From: Cyanophora paradoxa CCMP329
Lineage: Eukaryota; Plantae; Glaucophyta
NCBI GenBank assembly: GCA_004431415.1
Contig: QPMI01000059.1
Coordinates: 186,001-250,000, forward strand
Length of the DNA: 64,000 nucleotides
Direction of reading: 5' to 3'
Below, in pieces: positions 59,701-64,000 of this stretch (within the stretch, counting starts at the first letter, position 1; the number at the start of each line of letters is the position of its first letter). The translations under genes were made by a program, and so were the position numbers. Below the pieces are notes generated by a model. It was not told the DNA's origin. It saw only the letters and a list, made by a program, of their open reading frames with translations, and ran no database searches.

Positions 59701-62700
59701 CTCCGCCCGGGCGCGCCTGCGTGGGCTCCAGGACTCGGCCGGCTGGGCCGCCGCCTCCGCCGCCTCCGCCGCCGCCGCCGCCGCCGCTGCCGCGCAGGCG
59801 GCCGCCGAGGCCGAGGTGCTCGCCATTTGCCGCCCTGCCGCCCCGGTCCTCTCCTCCTTCCCGCTCGTCCCCGCCGCCGCCCCCGAAGACTCCCGTACCC
59901 CCCGCACCACCTACTCCGCCGCGATCGGGCTCGGCCACGTCGCCTCGCGGTACCCCCGCGGGGGCCTCTGGGCCCCCCTCCTGGGAGCCGGCTCGCTGCG
60001 GGACGCGGAGATCGTCGCTGCCGTCGCTTCGGACGAGTTCGGGTACCCCTTTCCCCGCCCCGCATCCCACCGCGTACCCCTCGCCTTCTCTGATCGCTTT
60101 CTATACCCCCCAGGTTCGACGTGGCGTTCCACTCGTACCTCGCGGCCGCCGGCGCGTACCCGCCGCTCCCTGCGCCGCCCGCCGGCTCGGGCGCGGCGCT
60201 CCCGTCCTTCCCGGCCCCAGCCACGCCGCTGCGCCGCTCGAAGAAGAACAAGAAGAAGGAGGAGGAGAGCGCGGCCGTCCAAGCCGCCTCCTCGGACCCG
60301 GCCGAGCTCGCCTCGCTGTGCCGCTGGGGCGGGCCGGGCCTGCCGGTCGAGGAGGACCCGGTGGAGGAAGCCTCGCCCCAGGCGCCCCGCAAGGGCCGCG
60401 GGTCCCTCGGGAAGCGCGGCCGCGGGCGGCCCAGCACGGGCGGAGGCGGGCGGAAGGGCCCGCGGCTTCGGCAGTGGGCAGCGGCGGCGGCGGCGGACGG
60501 GACGCCCGGCTCGGAGGAGGCGGAGGGCGTGGAGGACCCGGATGCCCCCGCGTCGGCGGCGGAGGCTGCGGAAGAGGAGGCGGGCGAGGCGGGCGAGGCT
60601 GAGGCTGAAGCTGAAGCTGAAGTTGTGGAGGAGGCCGGGGAGGAGGAGGAGGGAGGGGCGCCCCGACGCCGCCGCCGGCTCGTGCGCGCCGCCGAGAGCG
60701 ACGAGGAGGAGGAGGAGCAGGAGCGGGGGCACGAGGAACAAGCGGAAGACGAGGAGGACACGGCGCCGATGATGGACGAGGAGGAGGAAAGAGGGAAGCT
60801 GCAGTCGCCGGCCCCAGCCTCGCCCAGCGACGAGGAGGCCGGAGCCGGCGCCGGCGCCGCCGCCGCCGCCGCTGAAGCAGAGAAGGCTGCGGGCGACGAT
60901 CAGCCAGAGGCCGCGTCCCGGGAGGAGGCGGCGGCGGCCACTTCTACGGTTACGGCCCCGGCCGAGGAGGAGGAGGAAGAGCAGAAGGAAATCGTGTACC
61001 CCTCCGCCGAGGAGCTCGCGCAGCACCGCGCGGCGGCCGCCGCGCTCGCGGCCATCGCCGGTTCGGATCCCGCCGGATCTCTTTTCCCCTTCTCTTTTTC
61101 GCGCCTGAAACGTCTCACCAGACCTTGCGGACGTCGTCTCGTGCCTGGACCGCCCCGGTCTCTTCTGCCCGGACGACGAAATCCTGGTACCCGTCTTGCC
61201 CTCTTCCCCCACCTCTCGAAACCGTCCGAACCCCGAGCGCAGCCGGCGCCGTTCTGTGCGGCCGTACCCCTCTGCAAGCCCTCGTCGGCGGGCCCCGTGC
61301 GGGCCGCCCAGGCCGCAATCGACGCAGCCGCCCGCGCAGCCGCCCTCCGCTGCTGCGCACGCTCCCTCGCCGGCTCACTCCTGCCGGCCGGGGAGGGGTA
61401 CGCCGCCTTCGCCGAGGCGATGGAGGGGGCCGTACCCGCGGTCCGCCCCCCCGAGGAGGATTCGCTGCAGCCGTTCACCGGCCCCTACGGCTACGGCCTC
61501 TCCCGCCTCCTGTACGCCCCCTCCGATTCCCCCCCCCCGGCTTCTAAAAATAGCGACGCAGGCCGGACGAGCGGTACCCCCTGGCCGGATTCCTCCCCGG
61601 GGCCCTCCGCGCGCGGCACCGGACGGTCGCAACGGAGGCCGTACCCGCCGTCCTTCAGGTGAGAGCGATCGCGTGAAAGAAGAAATTCATAAATAGCAGA
61701 ACCAAATAAGCCGATTTCGAATTATCCAGTCTCCCGTGCTGTTTGTGCTTCCTGCGTTCACCTCTTCGACCTCGGCTCTTCTCTCCTCAGATCTGCGCGG
61801 ACGAGGCGCTGCGCCGCGCGGGCCTCGAGGAGCCGCGGCGCCCCGCCAAGCGCCGGTGCGGCCTACTCCCGCCCTGGGCCCTGGCCCGGGCCGCCCCGCC
61901 CCTTCGTCTAGACGCCTCTAAGACCTGAAACGGCCGCCCTAGGCGCCAGGCCCTGACCTAGGACGCCCCACGCCTAGACGCAGGCCTTAGCCTTGGCCTA
62001 GCGCTGCACCCTCGCCCTAGGCCCTGGCCTAGGCCTAATAGACTTAGACCCAAGTCTTGGCCGCGCTCGCCCTCGCCTCGCGCCCCCACCTAGAATCACC
62101 GCCTAGGCCCCGTGAGACCCAGACCGGCCTAGGAAGAAGTCCTTCCCGTCCCAGACCGGCCTAGATAGACCGGCCTGGGACAAAGCTCCCCCGCCCCGGC
62201 CTAGGACGAAGATCTGAGGAGCCGCAGCGCCGTGCCAATCGCCGGCGCCGGCCGCCCGCAAGCGCCTCCCCGCCCTAGGCCCTTGCCTAAGCCTAGACGT
62301 AGGCCTAGATAGGTCGGCCTAGGAAGAAGCCCCCACGGTCCCGATTGCTCCTTCCGCCCCGCGCCGCGCCGCCCCGCCCCGCCCCGCCTGACGCGCGCGG
62401 GGGTACAGCTTCTGCCACCACTTCGACCCGAAGAGGACCGTCGAGGCAGCCATCTCCCAGGTGCGGGGGGGAAAAGAAGGGGAGGGGTACGGGAGAGAGA
62501 GAGAGAGAGGCGAGAAGGCGGTGTGTGTGTGTGTTGGGGGGGGGGGGGGGGGGGGGGGGAGGGAGGGAGGGAGGGAGGGAGGATCCAATCACTAGAGATC
62601 GGGGCCCAGGCGCCCGCCCCAGCCGTCGCTCACGGTCCCCTTTCCGCCCCGCCCTCGCATCGCAGCTCACGCGGTCGCGCTTCTCTACGCCGATCGTCCC

Positions 62701-62746
62701 CTGCCCGCCCTCCCTCGTCCCGGCCCCCGCCCTCCCCGCCCTCTGA
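53741..62746 (+). CDS. ATAD5: ATAD5/Elg1-like RFC large subunit (PCNA unloader), AAA+ ATPase
   Basis: LWCDELHP...ICGN...LAKWMQDWK; Walker A GPPGVGKS; VIELD...EATQSH; Walker B ILFEECD...GF...TTKCPILLT; DIRRSLAALQL. Start and last exons approximate. Confidence 0.85.
57169..57240 (+). tRNA. tRNA-Thr (anticodon UGU), intronic in ATAD5-like gene
   Basis: Acceptor GCCGTTG/CAGCGGC, D arm GCTCAGTGGTAGAGC, anticodon arm TCAGT-CTTGTAA-ACTGA, T arm CCGAG-TTCGATC-CTCGG; downstream T runs. Confidence 0.95.
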
Positions 62747-63524
62747 GCGGTGCATCTGCGAGCTCGAATCCGAATTCGAACACCATGCGAATGAGAATTA
62801 AACGAGGGTCGGGGAGCCGCGGGGGCCGGCGAACTTCCGGAACTTTGAGTTTCGTGTTTTCGTGTGCAAGCAAGGCTTGCCCGACAGGGCGTGGCCCAGC
62901 GGCGGAGTCTCAGCTAGCGCTCTGCCACGTGCACGTGCACGTGCACGTGCACGTGCATGCTCACCGTGGACTTAGTGACTCAGTGACTCTGCGAGCGCTG
63001 AATTTAGAGATCTCAGATCTAGATCTAGATTTCATGATCGAAAATTCGGTTTCAGTCACATTGCAATATATTAAAACTAGAATTCATGATCAAGATGCCT
63101 AGATACACAATAAACGTGCGAAAGGAATACGTATACGTAGTACCGTAGCTGGCAGCAAAGACAGCAAAACTTCGCGGCCGAGAAATGCATATGCTGGACT
63201 CGATTCGGTAAAATTGCAACTGCATGCAAGAGACTGGAAATGCGAAAATCGAGTACAGAGTACATAAGGAGACGATCGACACATAAATACAATACACGAA
63301 AACTGCTGCACGAACTGCAGCGGAAATTAAAGACAGTTGGGAAAAAGGCTGGTCCCTGCTAGGATATCTAATCCGATAATATTAATCCGAGGTCCTGCTA
63401 GGCTGGTCTACTGGCCTGATTTGCCTGGCTTCCTCCCGCGTCGCTTTGCCGGGAGGAAGTTTAAGCCGCAGGGAATTAAAAAGACTAGCCGAGCGGACGC
63501 CGTGACGATACTACAGCTGCAGGA

Positions 63525-63940
63525 TTATATAATTAGATCCGGGAGTTCTCGAAAGCAGAAGGTCCCGGGGAGCAGGGGTGGTGGGGGAGGGCGCGCAGGC
63601 GCGGCGCCGGTGCCGGCGCCGCGGCCGGCGGCGGCGGATGTATATGCCTCCAGGCCGTGCGGCTGCGGCTGCGGCTCGGGAGAGGCGGGTCCTCCATCGC
63701 TGGGGTCCACTCCGCGCCCGTGCAGAGCGTCGGGCTGCGGCTCGGGCGAGGCGGGTACCCCATTATTATTATTATTGTGGCCGTCCTCCACTCCGCTCCC
63801 GTGCAGAGCGTCGCCGCCGCTCTCGCGCCGCTCGCCCTCCGCTGCCGCCGCCTCCTGCGCCGCCTGCGCCGCCGCCTGCCCCGAGACGATGTACCCCGTC
63901 TCCAGCACGAGGACGTCCCCTCCCTTGTTGTCGTGGACCT
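63525..63940 (-). CDS. Probable 3' exon(s) of a gene starting beyond the window
   Basis: TAG acceptor then VHDNKGGDVLVLETGYIVSGQAAAQAAQEAAAAE... with coding-like GC3 bias; product unknown. Confidence 0.3.
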
Positions 63941-64000
63941 AATTGAGGCGACGATGAGCTCTTCTCAGGGATAATAAACTTTAGATAGAAGGAGAGATAT

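Noticed and set aside
59013-61212. Long minus-strand ORFs (433-582 aa)
   Set aside because: Antisense shadows of GC-rich ATAD5 exons.

Overview
GC-rich eukaryotic DNA with many short (about 55-100 nt) spliceosomal introns, mostly with GTGCG/GTCCG donors and several GC-AG. A plastid-type BASS transporter with an early-Phe transit peptide suggests a photosynthetic protist, possibly a glaucophyte (inference only). The left half (1-34.6 kb) is TE-rich and holds two paralogous surface-protein genes (6462-11470, 30101-34309). They share a promoter-proximal segment, signal peptide and a near-identical S/T/P-GS linker + REJ-like + GAIN/GPS (HL|T) + single hydrophobic tail, but their N-terminal domains are barely alignable. 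Between them lies a 12-kb non-autonomous CACTG (CACTA-type) element (3-bp TSD TGC). It contains long foldback arms built of 142-bp and 40-bp repeats and a young gag-only LTR retroelement (574-bp LTRs, TSD TGTG). Head-to-tail Helitron-like units and several MITEs are also present. The right half is gene-dense: TM RING-H2 ligase, FkbM methyltransferase, secreted PKD protein, Ada-type Zn-domain protein, SDR, BASS, and ATAD5/Elg1 with an intronic tRNA-Thr(UGU). Comparing duplicated segments reveals a recurrent X / reverse-complement(X) / X micro-insertion signature that would explain the abundant palindromic microsatellites. All exon chains and alignments were done by eye; no database searches were run.
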